From positions 720-64,719 of the forward strand of contig VGJL01000005.1 of NCBI GenBank assembly GCA_016867495.1: 64,000 nt of DNA. The letters run 5' to 3'. Source of the DNA: Candidatus Eiseniibacteriota bacterium (GTDB lineage: Bacteria > Eisenbacteria > RBG-16-71-46 > CAIMUX01 > VGJL01). A program made the translations under genes and the position numbers. The notes beneath the pieces were generated by a model. That model had not been told where the DNA came from. It did not search any database and was given only the letters and a program-made list of their open reading frames with translations. Below are positions 9,463 through 22,755 of the stretch, in pieces. Each line of letters starts with the position of its first letter. The first letter of the stretch is position 1.

Positions 9463-11711
9463 ACGGCTCGGGCAGGAGGGTTCGGGGGCGTCCGAGGCGC
9501 CTGGGCGGCGTGTGCGGAGCCGCGCTCGGGGCGCTCGTCCTGGCCCGAATCGGAAGTGGCGCGCCGGCATGGCCGGAGCCTTCGATCGATCCGCTGGCGA
9601 CGGAGCTCGTGCCGGAGGCGTTCTCGGAGTCGGCGCGGGGCATGGCCGACTCCGTGCGCGCGATGATCGACACCCTGCTTGCCGCCTCTCCTCCTCCTCC
9701 CGATCGTCCGTCCCCGCTCCTCGTGGGCTGGATCGCCGATCGCCTCGCCTATGGGGGCGCGCAAACGGTTGCCGCCTTCATCGTCTCCTATTCTCCGGTC
9801 GACTGGGCGCAGGCCGACCCCTCGGGTCTGCTTCCTCTCGCGGCGGCCCTCGCATGCGCGGAGGCGGAGCGACCTCGCGACGCCCTGCGCTGGATCGAGG
9901 AGGGAAGGATGCCGCCGGGTCTTGGGCAGTACCGCGATCTCCTCAGGCTCGAGCTCCTCGACATGGCTTTCGACTCCGCGGCGGCAGCTCTTCACGCCGA
10001 GGAGCTGCGCGCCCGCTTCCCGCGCGAGGAATGGACGCTTCCGGCCGCGAGGCGACTGCTTCGCGCGAAAGAACGGGCCGGAGACGCCGAGGGCCTCTTG
10101 AGGGAAGGAGAGCGGATGCGCCGAACGCTCGGGCGCGGCGCCGACGAGACGGCCGCGCGTTTTCGCGCCCTTCTGGCCCTCGGAAGGCATGGGGCGGCCC
10201 GGGCGGTCGGGGACACGCTCCTTCGCGAGCATCCGGGGACGCGGACCGCGCGGATGGAGGCGCTGCGGAGGTTTCGAGAAGCTCCGGAGCTCGCTGCGCG
10301 GCGCGAAGGGGGCGCCCTCTTCCGCGTGCTCATGCGCCATGGGATGCTCGACTCCGCAGAGTCCCTCCTGGTCCTCATGGGCGATCCCGACTCGATGCGA
10401 ATCGTCTGGCTGGAAGGTCTCCTGCAGGGGCGGCGCAACGGTGAAGTGCTCGATCGAACCGACTCCCGGAGATGCCCGGCCGACCCTTCGCTTGCGGCGA
10501 GATGGCACCTGGTCCGCGCTCGCGCCGCGCGCAACAGCGCCCGCTGGGACCCGATGGCCCGCGCCTACGCATCGGCGGCCGCCTTCGGCAGAGAGACGCG
10601 GCAGCGGGCGCTGGTCGAGTGGGGAAGAGAGGCGGAGTCGGAGGGGCGTGAAGCTCTCGCCGATTCGCTCTATACGCTTCTCGCCGAGCTTCCCGCGATG
10701 GCCTCGGAAGGACGCCTGCGGAGGGCGATCGCCCGCTTCGCCGCGGGACTCTGGGGCGAGGCGCTCCGCGATCTGGATCTTCTCGGCGGAACCGACCAGG
10801 CCACAGCGGCGGCCTTCTGGCGATTCAAGATCCACGAGGGTCGCGCCGACTCGGTCGCGGCGAAGGGCGCTCTTGCCGAGGCGAGACGCGGCAGCGGCTA
10901 CTACGCGAGGCGAGCGGACGCCGAATGGAGGCGGCGGAGCAGGGGCGAGAGCGAGGAGTTCTGGAGGCTGGAGTTGGAGGAGCTCCGCCGCCCAGGCGGC
11001 GCGATGGGCGTGAGGGACACCCTGCGCTGCCCCCCGGCCGGGCCGGCAGCGATCGAGCACGCCAGGCTTCTTCGTCTCTTTCGCCGATTCGGTCGCGTCG
11101 ATTGGGCGGATGACCGGCGGCGCGCTCTCGAAGGGGCTCTCGCTCCCGAGGGGCGCGCTGAGGCGTTTCTTTGCCTGGGCCTGCCGGACCTGGCGATCCG
11201 GGCGGGCATTCTCGGCGGCGGCTCGGCGCCCCATCTGCGGTATCCTCGCCCCTACTGGGCCTGGGTTCTCCGGGAGGCTCGGGCAGTTGCTTTGAGGCCC
11301 GAGTTCATCTGGGCGCTCGCCCGCAGAGAGTCGCTCTTCGATCCGGGCGCCGTCTCGAGCGCCGGCGCTACCGGGCTTCTCCAGCTGATGAAGCCGACCG
11401 CGCGGGAGACGGCCGAACGCTGGGGAATGCCAGCCGCTCCTCTCGAACGAGGGGATCGGAACCTCGCGCTCGGATGCCGCCACATGCGCGATCTGATGGA
11501 CGACAACGACTGGCCGCTCCCGGCCCTGGTGGCCGCGTACAACGCCGGGGCTGCCAAGGCGAGCGAGTGGGCCGCGCGCTGGAGCGATCCGGACCTGCTC
11601 ATCGAACGGGTCGGGTGGCGAGAGACGCGCGAGTTCGTTCGCTTCGTGCTGGACGGTTATTGGACCTACTGTTACGCCTATGAGTCGGAACGGGGGAGGA
11701 CGCGGGAATGA
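9453..11711 (+). CDS. Soluble lytic murein transglycosylase (Slt70-like): long alpha-helical N-terminal region plus C-terminal SLT domain
   Basis: SLT catalytic region ESLFDPGAVSSAGATGLLQLMKPTARE ... AAYNAG. Start codon uncertain (GTG 9453 overlaps the guaA stop). Confidence 0.75.
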   Translation: MGVNGSGRRVRGRPRRLGGVCGAALGALVLARIGSGAPAWPEPSIDPLATELVPEAFSESARGMADSVRAMIDTLLAASPPPPDRPSPLLVGWIADRLAYGGAQTVAAFIVSYSPVDWAQADPSGLLPLAAALACAEAERPRDALRWIEEGRMPPGLGQYRDLLRLELLDMAFDSAAAALHAEELRARFPREEWTLPAARRLLRAKERAGDAEGLLREGERMRRTLGRGADETAARFRALLALGRHGAARAVGDTLLREHPGTRTARMEALRRFREAPELAARREGGALFRVLMRHGMLDSAESLLVLMGDPDSMRIVWLEGLLQGRRNGEVLDRTDSRRCPADPSLAARWHLVRARAARNSARWDPMARAYASAAAFGRETRQRALVEWGREAESEGREALADSLYTLLAELPAMASEGRLRRAIARFAAGLWGEALRDLDLLGGTDQATAAAFWRFKIHEGRADSVAAKGALAEARRGSGYYARRADAEWRRRSRGESEEFWRLELEELRRPGGAMGVRDTLRCPPAGPAAIEHARLLRLFRRFGRVDWADDRRRALEGALAPEGRAEAFLCLGLPDLAIRAGILGGGSAPHLRYPRPYWAWVLREARAVALRPEFIWALARRESLFDPGAVSSAGATGLLQLMKPTARETAERWGMPAAPLERGDRNLALGCRHMRDLMDDNDWPLPALVAAYNAGAAKASEWAARWSDPDLLIERVGWRETREFVRFVLDGYWTYCYAYESERGRTRE

Positions 11712-12280
11712 GGTTTCTCTCCGAGGTCCGCCGCAAGGCCTTCCATCTCTCGGGGGTCGTCGTGCCGATCGGCTACTACCTGACGCCCGAGCCGGCGGGG
11801 CGGCACATTCTGCTCGCCCTGACCGTCCTGGCCCTTCTCGCCGACCTGGTGCGCCTGAACGAACGGCGGGTGCGGACGTTCTTCTACTACATCTTCGGGA
11901 GCATCGTCCGCGACCACGAGAGGAACAACCTCCTGGGATCGACCTACGTCCTTCTCTCCGCTCTGCTCTGTTCTTACGCATTCGATAGAGAGATCGCGAT
12001 CGCCTCGATGGCCTTCCTCTCCCTGGGAGATGGGATGGCCGCCATCGTCGGCAGACGCTTCGGCCGCCCCCGCCTCTTTGGGAAGTCGATCGAGGGTAGC
12101 CTCGCCTGCTTCCTCTCCTGCCTCGCCGCGGCCTGGCTTTACCCGGGCGACCCGTTCACGTGGCGTATGATGTTGGGAGGAGCGGCGATGGCGGCGATCT
12201 TCGAGCTGCTGCCCATACCGCTCGATGACAACATGCGGATATCTCTCTCCGCCGGGTTTACGATGACGCTGTTGCGATAG
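11708..12280 (+). CDS. Small polytopic membrane protein of the CTP-transferase-1 / polyprenol (dolichol/phytol) kinase-like family
   Basis: About 190 aa and hydrophobic. Family-like motifs (AFHLSGVVVPIGYY, LSLGDGMAAIVGRRFG). Assignment is from memory of the family, not a search. Confidence 0.45.
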   Translation: MRFLSEVRRKAFHLSGVVVPIGYYLTPEPAGRHILLALTVLALLADLVRLNERRVRTFFYYIFGSIVRDHERNNLLGSTYVLLSALLCSYAFDREIAIASMAFLSLGDGMAAIVGRRFGRPRLFGKSIEGSLACFLSCLAAAWLYPGDPFTWRMMLGGAAMAAIFELLPIPLDDNMRISLSAGFTMTLLR

Positions 12281-12335
12281 CGACAGGATACGAATCGGCC
12301 ATGGTTGATCGCCAGTCGAGGAGAGTGGAGTCAAG

Positions 12336-15449
<3,114 letters not shown>

Positions 15450-15456
15450 GGTGTCC

Positions 15457-17718
15457 ATGAGCAGTTCGCTGATCATTGTCGAGTCGCCGGCCAAGGCCCG
15501 CACCATCGGCAAGTTCGCAGGGAAGGGGTACAAGGTCATCGCCTCGATGGGGCACATACGCGATCTCCCCAAGACGAAGCTTGGAGTCGACGTCGAGCGC
15601 GACTTCGCCCCGCAGTACGTCACCCTCCGTTCGAAGGCGAAGGTGCTGAAGGAGCTTCGCGAGAGCGCCAAGGGGACCAAGCGGATCCTGCTTGCTCCCG
15701 ACCCCGATCGGGAGGGCGAGGCGATCGCCTGGCATCTGGCCGACTACCTGGCGGGGGCAGGGGTTCCGATCCTGAGGATGGAATTCAACGAGATCACGAA
15801 GAGCGCGATCCAGGCCGCCCTCAGCCGGCCGCGCGAGATCGATCAGAATCTCGTGGATGCCCAGCAGGCCCGGCGCGTGATGGACCGCCTGGTGGGCTAC
15901 CAGGTCTCTCCGTTCCTCTGGACAACCGTCCGGTACGGCCTGTCGGCAGGTCGGGTACAATCGGTCGCCCTGAGGATGATCTGCGACCGAGAGGATGAGA
16001 TCGAGCGATTCCAGGTCGCGGAGTACTGGACTCTGGATGTCCTGCTGCTGACGGGACGGCGGGAGACGTTGCGCGTTCGCCTCGTGCGAACGGACGGCGA
16101 GAAGTCCCACCTGCCGGATGAGGCCGCCGCAGATCGCGTGATCGAGGAACTGCGGCGGCAGGCCTTCGCGGTCTCTGACGTCAAGACCCAGACCCGCAAG
16201 CGCAACCCGTTTCCGCCCTTCATCACCTCCACGCTTCAGCAGGAGGGGTACAGGCGACTGCGCTTCCCCGCCAAGAAGACGATGGCAGTCGCGCAGGAGC
16301 TCTATGAGGGGCTTGCGATCGGAACCGAAGAGACCGCGGGGCTCATCACCTACATGCGCACCGACTCGACGCGCATCGGCGCCGAGGCGCAGGAGGAGGC
16401 GCGCGCCTTCATCCAGAGGAGCTTCGGCGCGGAGTACCTTCCGGAGGGCCGGCCGAGCTATCCATCGCGGGCGCGGGCGCAGGATGCCCACGAGGCGATC
16501 CGTCCGACCTCCGTCTTGCGGACGCCCGACTCCCTGCGGCGCCACCTCACGGCCGACCAGTGGCGGCTCTATGGGTTGATCTGGAACCGCTTCGTCGCTT
16601 CTCAGATGGCGCCGGCCCTCGGGGAAGTGACGACGATCGAGGTGACGGCGGGCCGGCACCTGCTGAGGGCAACCGGCAGCCGCCAGCTCTTCGACGGCTT
16701 CACGCGCCTCTACGAGGACAAGCCGGATGAGGACGCCTCAGCGCTCGGTCCCGACGAACAGGGCGGAAGCCTTCCCGAGGTCGCGGTGGGCGAGAGTCTC
16801 GAACACCGCTCGGACGAGAAAGAGCAGCACTTCACGCAGCCTCCCCCCCGCTACACGGAGGCGACGCTGGTGAAGGCGCTCGAGGAGAAGGGAATCGGGC
16901 GGCCGTCGACCTACGCGACGATCGTCAGCACCATTCTGACGCGCGCCTACGTCCAGAGGGAGAAGGGGAGGCTTCATCCGAGCGACCTCGGCCGGACGGT
17001 GACCAGGCTCTTGGTGCACGCCTTTCCCGACATTCTGGAGATCGACTTCACGGCCCGGATGGAGACCGAGCTCGACAAGATCGAGACGGGAGAGGACCAG
17101 TGGGTCGATGTCGTCCGCTCCTTCTACGAGCCGTTCAAGAAGGACCTGAGCGCGGCGGAATCGAGCAAGGAGGCGCTCAAGAGCGCCGTCCAGGTGGAGA
17201 GCGACCAGGCGTGCGATCTCTGCGGGTCGACGCTGGTCAAGAAGTTCGGTCGCAATGGGCCCTTCCTGGCGTGCCCGCGCTATCCGGACTGCAAGTTCAC
17301 GAAGCCCCTGAAGGAGGAGGAGATCCCCGTCCCGACAGGGGAGTCGTGCCCGAATTGCGGGTCGCCGATGGTGGTGCGGACCGGCCGCTTCGGCCGCTTC
17401 GTGGCCTGCCAGGACTACCCGAAGTGCAAGACGACCGCCTCGGTTCGCACGGGCGTCTCGTGCCCAATGGAGGGCTGCCCGGGACACCTCGTGGAGAAGC
17501 GCGGGCGCAAGAGGGGACGGGTCTTCTATGCGTGCGACCAGTATCCTAGATGCAGTTACGCCGTCTGGAACCGGCCGGTCGCGCAGGCCTGCCCTTCCTG
17601 CGGATTTCCCCTCCTGATCGAGAAGGAGACCAAGGCGAAGGGATTCCACTATCAGTGTCCGCGAAAGGAGTGCGGGAGCGTGGTGCAGCCCGAGCTTCCG
17701 GCCGGGGCGAAGGACTGA
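15457..17718 (+). CDS. topA: DNA topoisomerase I with C-terminal zinc-ribbon repeats
   Basis: Toprim N-terminus (SSLIIVESPAKARTIGKF). Several C4 zinc ribbons (CDLCGS..C, CPNCGS..C, CPSCG). The listed ORF 15205..17718 overlaps the secA 3' end; the real start is ATG 15457. Confidence 0.9.
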   Translation: MSSSLIIVESPAKARTIGKFAGKGYKVIASMGHIRDLPKTKLGVDVERDFAPQYVTLRSKAKVLKELRESAKGTKRILLAPDPDREGEAIAWHLADYLAGAGVPILRMEFNEITKSAIQAALSRPREIDQNLVDAQQARRVMDRLVGYQVSPFLWTTVRYGLSAGRVQSVALRMICDREDEIERFQVAEYWTLDVLLLTGRRETLRVRLVRTDGEKSHLPDEAAADRVIEELRRQAFAVSDVKTQTRKRNPFPPFITSTLQQEGYRRLRFPAKKTMAVAQELYEGLAIGTEETAGLITYMRTDSTRIGAEAQEEARAFIQRSFGAEYLPEGRPSYPSRARAQDAHEAIRPTSVLRTPDSLRRHLTADQWRLYGLIWNRFVASQMAPALGEVTTIEVTAGRHLLRATGSRQLFDGFTRLYEDKPDEDASALGPDEQGGSLPEVAVGESLEHRSDEKEQHFTQPPPRYTEATLVKALEEKGIGRPSTYATIVSTILTRAYVQREKGRLHPSDLGRTVTRLLVHAFPDILEIDFTARMETELDKIETGEDQWVDVVRSFYEPFKKDLSAAESSKEALKSAVQVESDQACDLCGSTLVKKFGRNGPFLACPRYPDCKFTKPLKEEEIPVPTGESCPNCGSPMVVRTGRFGRFVACQDYPKCKTTASVRTGVSCPMEGCPGHLVEKRGRKRGRVFYACDQYPRCSYAVWNRPVAQACPSCGFPLLIEKETKAKGFHYQCPRKECGSVVQPELPAGAKD

Positions 17719-17757
17719 CGCGTGAAGGAGAGCGAGCACAGGACGGGGGAGGGGGGC

Positions 17758-18669
17758 ATGACGCTCTCCGGAGCGCTGGAGAACTGGATCGAGAGGCAGT
17801 TGCTCGCCGTCGAGGGGAAGAGCCCCCACACGGCGAGCGCGTACCGCCGCGATCTGCGCCTCTTCCTGGAATGGGCCGCCGAACACGGGAAGGATGCGTG
17901 GGCCGCCTGGCGGCTTCCGGTCCTGCGCGCCTACATGAGCGTGCTGACGACGCGAGGGACCAAGGCCTCGACGGTGATCCGGAAGGTCGCGGCGCTGCGC
18001 TCCTTCGGTCGCTACCTCCTCCTCCGCCGCCTGATCGGCGAGGATCCGGCCTCGCGGCTGGTGTTGCCCCGTCCGGGGAAGCGGCTTCCTCGATTCATCC
18101 CCGAGCCCGAACTGGCCCGGCTGCTCAACGGCCCCTGGCCGGGCGATTGGAGGGCCCTTCGCGACCGGGCGATCATCGAGCTGCTCTATGGGACGGGGAT
18201 GCGCCTCTCGGAGCTTGTGGGGCTCGACCTGGAGGATGTCGATCCGAGAAGCGGCACGGCCCGCGTGATGGGCAAGGGGGGGAAGGAGAGGATCGTCTGC
18301 TTCGGCCCGCCCGCGGCGGATGCGCTCCGCGCCTATCTCTCCGCGACGGCCGAAGGGGGCAGGAGACGCGAGGGGAGCGCTCTCCTGGTGGGACCGAGTG
18401 GAAGGAGGCTCCATCCGAGGACCGTCCAGAGGCGGGTGGCCCTGCACCTCCGCCGGCTGGCGCGCGCGGGAGGGACGTCCCCTCACGCTCTCCGCCACAG
18501 CTTCGCGACACACCTGCTCGACCGGGGTGCGGAGATCCGGGCCATCCAGGAGCTGCTCGGGCACGCGAATCTCGGAACGACGCAGATCTATACACACGTC
18601 TCGGTAGAGGCCCTGCGAGAGGCCGTCGACCGCTGTCATCCTCGCTCCCGCAGGGGAGCGAGAGTGTGA
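17758..18669 (+). CDS. Tyrosine site-specific recombinase of the XerC/XerD family
   Basis: N-terminal SAM-like domain ([37 protein letters not shown]). C-terminal catalytic R..H..R..Y signature ([12 protein letters not shown]...[14 protein letters not shown]). ATG 17758 is preceded by GGGGGAGG. GTG 17722 is an alternative start. Confidence 0.85.
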   Translation: MTLSGALENWIERQLLAVEGKSPHTASAYRRDLRLFLEWAAEHGKDAWAAWRLPVLRAYMSVLTTRGTKASTVIRKVAALRSFGRYLLLRRLIGEDPASRLVLPRPGKRLPRFIPEPELARLLNGPWPGDWRALRDRAIIELLYGTGMRLSELVGLDLEDVDPRSGTARVMGKGGKERIVCFGPPAADALRAYLSATAEGGRRREGSALLVGPSGRRLHPRTVQRRVALHLRRLARAGGTSPHALRHSFATHLLDRGAEIRAIQELLGHANLGTTQIYTHVSVEALREAVDRCHPRSRRGARV

Positions 18670-18680
18670 GGGGAGGGGAG

Positions 18681-19613
18681 ATGGGAAAGACCGACTTTCT
18701 GGCGATCGCCGACTTCGGCAGGAAGGAGCTTCAGCTCCTGCTGGACCTGGCGGGGACGTTGAAGGACGCATGGCGGTCCGGCAAGAGCGATCCGAGGCTC
18801 GCGGGGAAGGTGCTCGCCTGTGTCTTTCACAAACCGTCGCTGCGCACGAGGATGTCCTTCGAGGTCGGGATGGCGCAGCTGGGCGGCCGGTCGCTCTATG
18901 TGACGGACGCGGAGATCGGCTTCGGGAAGCGCGAGTCGATCCACGATATCGCGCGCGTTCTGTCGCGGTACGTAGATGCGATCATGATCCGCACTTTCAG
19001 CCAGGAGCATGTGCGCGAACTGGCGCGCCATGCCCGCGTGCCCGTGATCAACGGTCTGACCGATTCGGACCACCCGTGCCAGATCCTCTCCGACCTCTTC
19101 ACCATCCGGGAGAAGGGAGTCGCGCTCGACGGCCTGTCGGTCGCCTGGATCGGCGACGGAAACAACGTCGCCAAGAGCTGGATCGACGCGGCGCTCGCCT
19201 TCGAGCTCGATCTGAGGCTCGCCTGCCCCGCCGGATACGACCCCGATCCCGCGGCCCTCGCCCGCGTCGAGCGCGAAGGGCGCGGCAGGGTCCGCCTCCT
19301 GCGCGACCCCGAGGAGGCTGTCCAGGGAGCGCGGGTCCTCTATACCGACACATGGACCAGCATGGGCCAGGAGGGCGAGGCAGAGGAGCGGAGGGCCGCC
19401 TTCCGCGGCTTCCGGGTCGACGAGCCGCTTGTCGCCAGGGCCGCGCCCGGCGCTCTCGTGATGCACTGCCTGCCGGCGCATCGCGGCGAGGAGATCGTCG
19501 ACGCCGTCATGGATGGGCCTCAGAGCGTCGTATTCGATCAGGCCGAGAACAGGCTACACGCCCAGAAGGCGATCCTGGTGCACTGCATCTCCTCGGCCGC
19601 GCGCCCGGTCTAG
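18681..19613 (+). CDS. argF: Ornithine carbamoyltransferase (an OTCase-family enzyme)
   Basis: SLRTR carbamoyl-phosphate motif, HPCQ, HCLPAHRGEE, VFDQAENRLHAQKAIL. Only the C-terminal third of listed ORF 17550..19613 is real. GGAGG RBS before ATG 18681. Confidence 0.8.
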   Translation: MGKTDFLAIADFGRKELQLLLDLAGTLKDAWRSGKSDPRLAGKVLACVFHKPSLRTRMSFEVGMAQLGGRSLYVTDAEIGFGKRESIHDIARVLSRYVDAIMIRTFSQEHVRELARHARVPVINGLTDSDHPCQILSDLFTIREKGVALDGLSVAWIGDGNNVAKSWIDAALAFELDLRLACPAGYDPDPAALARVEREGRGRVRLLRDPEEAVQGARVLYTDTWTSMGQEGEAEERRAAFRGFRVDEPLVARAAPGALVMHCLPAHRGEEIVDAVMDGPQSVVFDQAENRLHAQKAILVHCISSAARPV

Positions 19614-19630
19614 CCGGGAGGCCGCGCCTC

Positions 19631-20881
19631 ATGCGGGCCCTGACGTCGTGCGGACTCTGGCCGATCGCTGCGGTCATCGCAGTCTGCGCGCTCCATGCCG
19701 ACTGCGCCAAGGTAGTCTCGCCGGGCGGCGGGCCTGAAGATCGATCGACGCCGCGAGTCGTATCCCTCTCGCCGGACTCCGGATCGGTCTGGGCGCGCCC
19801 CGAGACTCTGTCGATCCGCTTCAGCAAACCGATGGACCGCCGGAGCGTGCGCGACTGGCTCTTCGTGACGCCGCGCGTCGCAGTCGCGGAGTCGCGCTGG
19901 AGGCGGGCCTCACTCGACCTCATCCTGGGCAGCCCGCCCGATACCGGAAGGACCTACACGATCCTGCTCGGTTCGGAGGTTGTCGATCGGCGTGGAAACG
20001 CGCTCGGGCCGTATGCGACGGCATTCTCGACCGGATCCCGGCTTGACGGCGGGACAATCGAGGGCTCGATCATCGGCCGGCGCATCAAGCCGGCGGGCGT
20101 CTATCTCTATGTCTGGCTCTGGGACGACTCGGTCGCCGCCTCGGGCGAGATTCCCGAACCGGTGCGCATGGGGCAGTGCGATCGAGAAGGGAGATTCCGG
20201 ATCCCGTTCTTGCCGGCAGGCGTTCCCCTGCGAGTCTGCGCGCACCACGACGCGCGCCGCGACCGGGTTTTCGATCCGGAAGAGGACATCTGGGGCTGCT
20301 CCGAGGAGTCCGTTCTCCTGTGCGACTCATCGCTCGTTCGCACCGGGCTCGAGATCTACCTGGTCTGGCCGGAGGAACCGGGGAGCCTCGCGGGTAGCGC
20401 GATCGACAGCAGCTGCATCGGCCGCGGGGCCGAGGCGCTGGCGGGCCTCCAGAAGGAGCGCGACAGCCTTGCCGTTCTCCTCGGGCTCCGCAACGGGGAG
20501 GCGGGCGCCTCGAACGATTCTCTCCGGGGATTCCGTCCCGATGTCGGCCGTGACCTCGATACGGCGTCGGTCCGCGCTCGCTTCGATGGAATGCCGGCGA
20601 TGATCGTTGAAGCGCGGCTCGACTCGGCCCGCTGCGCGATGCCGCTGATTGTCAGGCTGGTCGATCCGGACAGCGGGCTGGTCGCCGAAGTCCGTGGGGA
20701 CGGGGCGTTCAGCTTCCGCGATCTGGCGCCGGGCACCTACCATCTCCGCGCCTTCCGGGATCTCGACGCCGATGGAGTGCCCGACAGCGGCGAGGCCTCC
20801 GGGGAGTTTCCTTTCCCGATCGAGCTCCTGCCCGGGCGGAACCAGACCGGGGTCGACTTCCCTCTCCGTCCCCGCCCGTAA
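19631..20881 (+). CDS. Hypothetical lipoprotein with an N-terminal bacterial Ig-like domain (SbsA/Big_5-like) and beta-sandwich C-terminal region
   Basis: Signal/lipobox (MRALTSCGLWPIAAVIAVCALHADC). RVVSLSPDSGSV...SIRFSKPMD Ig-like signature. True start is ATG 19631 inside listed ORF 18770..20881. Confidence 0.55.
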   Translation: MRALTSCGLWPIAAVIAVCALHADCAKVVSPGGGPEDRSTPRVVSLSPDSGSVWARPETLSIRFSKPMDRRSVRDWLFVTPRVAVAESRWRRASLDLILGSPPDTGRTYTILLGSEVVDRRGNALGPYATAFSTGSRLDGGTIEGSIIGRRIKPAGVYLYVWLWDDSVAASGEIPEPVRMGQCDREGRFRIPFLPAGVPLRVCAHHDARRDRVFDPEEDIWGCSEESVLLCDSSLVRTGLEIYLVWPEEPGSLAGSAIDSSCIGRGAEALAGLQKERDSLAVLLGLRNGEAGASNDSLRGFRPDVGRDLDTASVRARFDGMPAMIVEARLDSARCAMPLIVRLVDPDSGLVAEVRGDGAFSFRDLAPGTYHLRAFRDLDADGVPDSGEASGEFPFPIELLPGRNQTGVDFPLRPRP

Positions 20882-21008
20882 GCCGGAGGAGACGGGAGAG
20901 AGGCGGGAAGGCGAGGGAGCCGGTGGGATCGCCGGTTGCGCGGCATCCCCGTTTCGACGAAACTCGTGGAGTGGCGATCGTGCTCTGACGTGCATGGAAG
21001 GAGGCGGC

Positions 21009-21863
21009 ATGAAGGGGAAGTCCGAGGGGCCGGGTCCGGGGCTCCCCTTTCTCAAGCTGGAGGGAGCGGGGAACGACTTCGTCCTGTTCGACTTCCGGAC
21101 CCAGGACGGTCCCAAGTTCACCGCGCCGATGGCTCGTTTCATTCTCGATCGACACAGGGGGATCGGGGGAGACGGGCTCCTGATCCTGCGAACGAACTCA
21201 GCCGGCCGCGTGGTGGTCGATTACCGGAACGCCGACGGCAGCGCAGCCGAGTTCTGCGGCAATGGAGCGCGCTGCGCGGCGGCCATTCTCCTGGGCGAGG
21301 AACAGGGTCCGATCACTTTCCACCTGATGAAGATCGAGGTCGTCGCGAGACGGACGGGGGGCTCGATCGCCGTCCGAGTCGGCGTCGCGGAAGAGCGACC
21401 CATGCCGGAGCTGTCCCGCCTCCGCCCGCGACCGGCGGCTCTGATCAAGGCGGGAGTCGATCACTGGATCGTCCCGGTCGGCGACCTGAACGGACTCGAT
21501 GTGAGCGGTCTCGCCCAGCCGCTGCGCCATCACCCCTGGCCGGGTCCGAAGGGGGCCAATGTCACTTTCGTCGAGAAGCGGAGGAGCGAGATCCGGATCC
21601 GGACCTATGAGCGAGGCGTGGAGGGGGAGACCCTGTCCTGTGGGTCGGGCTGCGTCGCGGCGGCGCATTGGGCCCTTGCCGGCAGCCGCGGGCCGCTGCA
21701 GGTTCTGACGGAGGGGGAGGAGCTCATGCGGGTCTGGTTGGACGACTCCGGGCTCTACTGGCTCGAGGGCCCGACCGCCGCCGTCTACCAGGGGTTCTGG
21801 AGGTTCGACCGGCGCGTCCCGGGCTGGGCGGCGGAGGCGCGACAGACGGCGCGCAGGGGGTGA
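21009..21863 (+). CDS. dapF: Diaminopimelate epimerase
   Basis: LEGAGNDFVLFD N-terminal motif and a second-half cysteine motif. GGAGG RBS before ATG 21009. ATG 20994 is an alternative start. Confidence 0.85.
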   Translation: MKGKSEGPGPGLPFLKLEGAGNDFVLFDFRTQDGPKFTAPMARFILDRHRGIGGDGLLILRTNSAGRVVVDYRNADGSAAEFCGNGARCAAAILLGEEQGPITFHLMKIEVVARRTGGSIAVRVGVAEERPMPELSRLRPRPAALIKAGVDHWIVPVGDLNGLDVSGLAQPLRHHPWPGPKGANVTFVEKRRSEIRIRTYERGVEGETLSCGSGCVAAAHWALAGSRGPLQVLTEGEELMRVWLDDSGLYWLEGPTAAVYQGFWRFDRRVPGWAAEARQTARRG

Positions 21864-21867
21864 TCTC

Positions 21868-22746
21868 GTGTTCGAAGGCTTGACGACGGCCCTTGTGACG
21901 CCGTTCGCGGATGGCCGTCTCGATGAGGGCGCGGCCGAAAGGATCTTGGAACATCTCGTCGCGGGCGGTGTCCGCGGCTTGGTGCCTGCGGGATGCACGG
22001 GGGAAGCCGCGACGCTCGATCTGGCGGAGCGGGAGTGGTTGATTCGTGCTTGCGTGGCCGCCAGGTCGGCGGGGGGCTTCGTGCTGGCTGGCTGCGGGAC
22101 GAACGTCACGCGCACGACTTGCGACCTCGTGAAACGCGCGGAGCAATGGGGAGCCGACGGCGCCCTGGTGATCACCCCCTACTACAACAAGCCGACTCAG
22201 GAAGGGCTCTTCCGCCATTACGAGGAAGTCGCGCGCGCCTCGTCCCTGCCCATCGTCCTCTACAACGTTCCGGGGAGGACCGGTGTGAAGCTCGAGCCGG
22301 CGACAGTCCTGAGGCTTGGCGAGATCCCCGGGATCGTCGCGATCAAGGAAGCCTGCGGCTCGCTCGACCAGGTCTCCGAGCTTTGCGCCTCGGGGAGCAT
22401 GACCGTTCTCTCGGGCGACGACTCTCTCACTCTCCCGATGCTGGCTGTCGGAGCGGCCGGCGTCGTCTCCGTCGCCGCGAACCTCTTCCCCGCGGCGATT
22501 GCGCGCATGCTGGAGGCTCACCGCCGCGGCGATGAGGCGCAAGCGAGGCGCATCCACCTCGCGCTCTTCCCCCTCTTCAAGGGGCTCTTCATCGAAACGA
22601 ATCCGGGGCCGATCAAGCATCTCCTCGCCCGGCGCGGCCTGATCCGCGAGGAGCTGAGGCTGCCTCTGGTTCCCGTGTCGGCGGCGACCGCCGCAGAGTG
22701 CGATCGGATCGCCGAGGAATCGGAGCGCCGGCTGGGGGGGATCTGA
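21868..22746 (+). CDS. dapA: 4-hydroxy-tetrahydrodipicolinate synthase
   Basis: TALVTPF...GCTGE N-terminal signature. TIM-barrel DHDPS-like sequence. GTG start 4 nt after the dapF stop. Confidence 0.9.
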   Translation: MFEGLTTALVTPFADGRLDEGAAERILEHLVAGGVRGLVPAGCTGEAATLDLAEREWLIRACVAARSAGGFVLAGCGTNVTRTTCDLVKRAEQWGADGALVITPYYNKPTQEGLFRHYEEVARASSLPIVLYNVPGRTGVKLEPATVLRLGEIPGIVAIKEACGSLDQVSELCASGSMTVLSGDDSLTLPMLAVGAAGVVSVAANLFPAAIARMLEAHRRGDEAQARRIHLALFPLFKGLFIETNPGPIKHLLARRGLIREELRLPLVPVSAATAAECDRIAEESERRLGGI

Positions 22747-22755
22747 CAGGGGAGA

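Noticed and set aside
17758-18669. Xer-type tyrosine recombinase taken as an integrase of a mobile element
   Set aside because: It has the XerC/XerD architecture and sits in the conserved topA-xer neighbourhood. There are no flanking tRNA, direct repeats, phage or transposase genes. Gene density and GC are uniform on both sides.
17550-19613. 687-aa + strand ORF taken as one gene
   Set aside because: Only the last 311 aa (from ATG 18681 with a GGAGG RBS) form the carbamoyltransferase. The upstream 375 codons overlap xerC in another frame and are Arg/Gly-rich. The same holds for ORFs 35583..37568 (only purB from 36258 is real), 18770..20881 (real start 19631), 6091..7929 (purH from 6367), 15205..17718 (topA from 15457), 26082..27290 (methyltransferase from 26628) and 61723..63015 (small protein from 62650).
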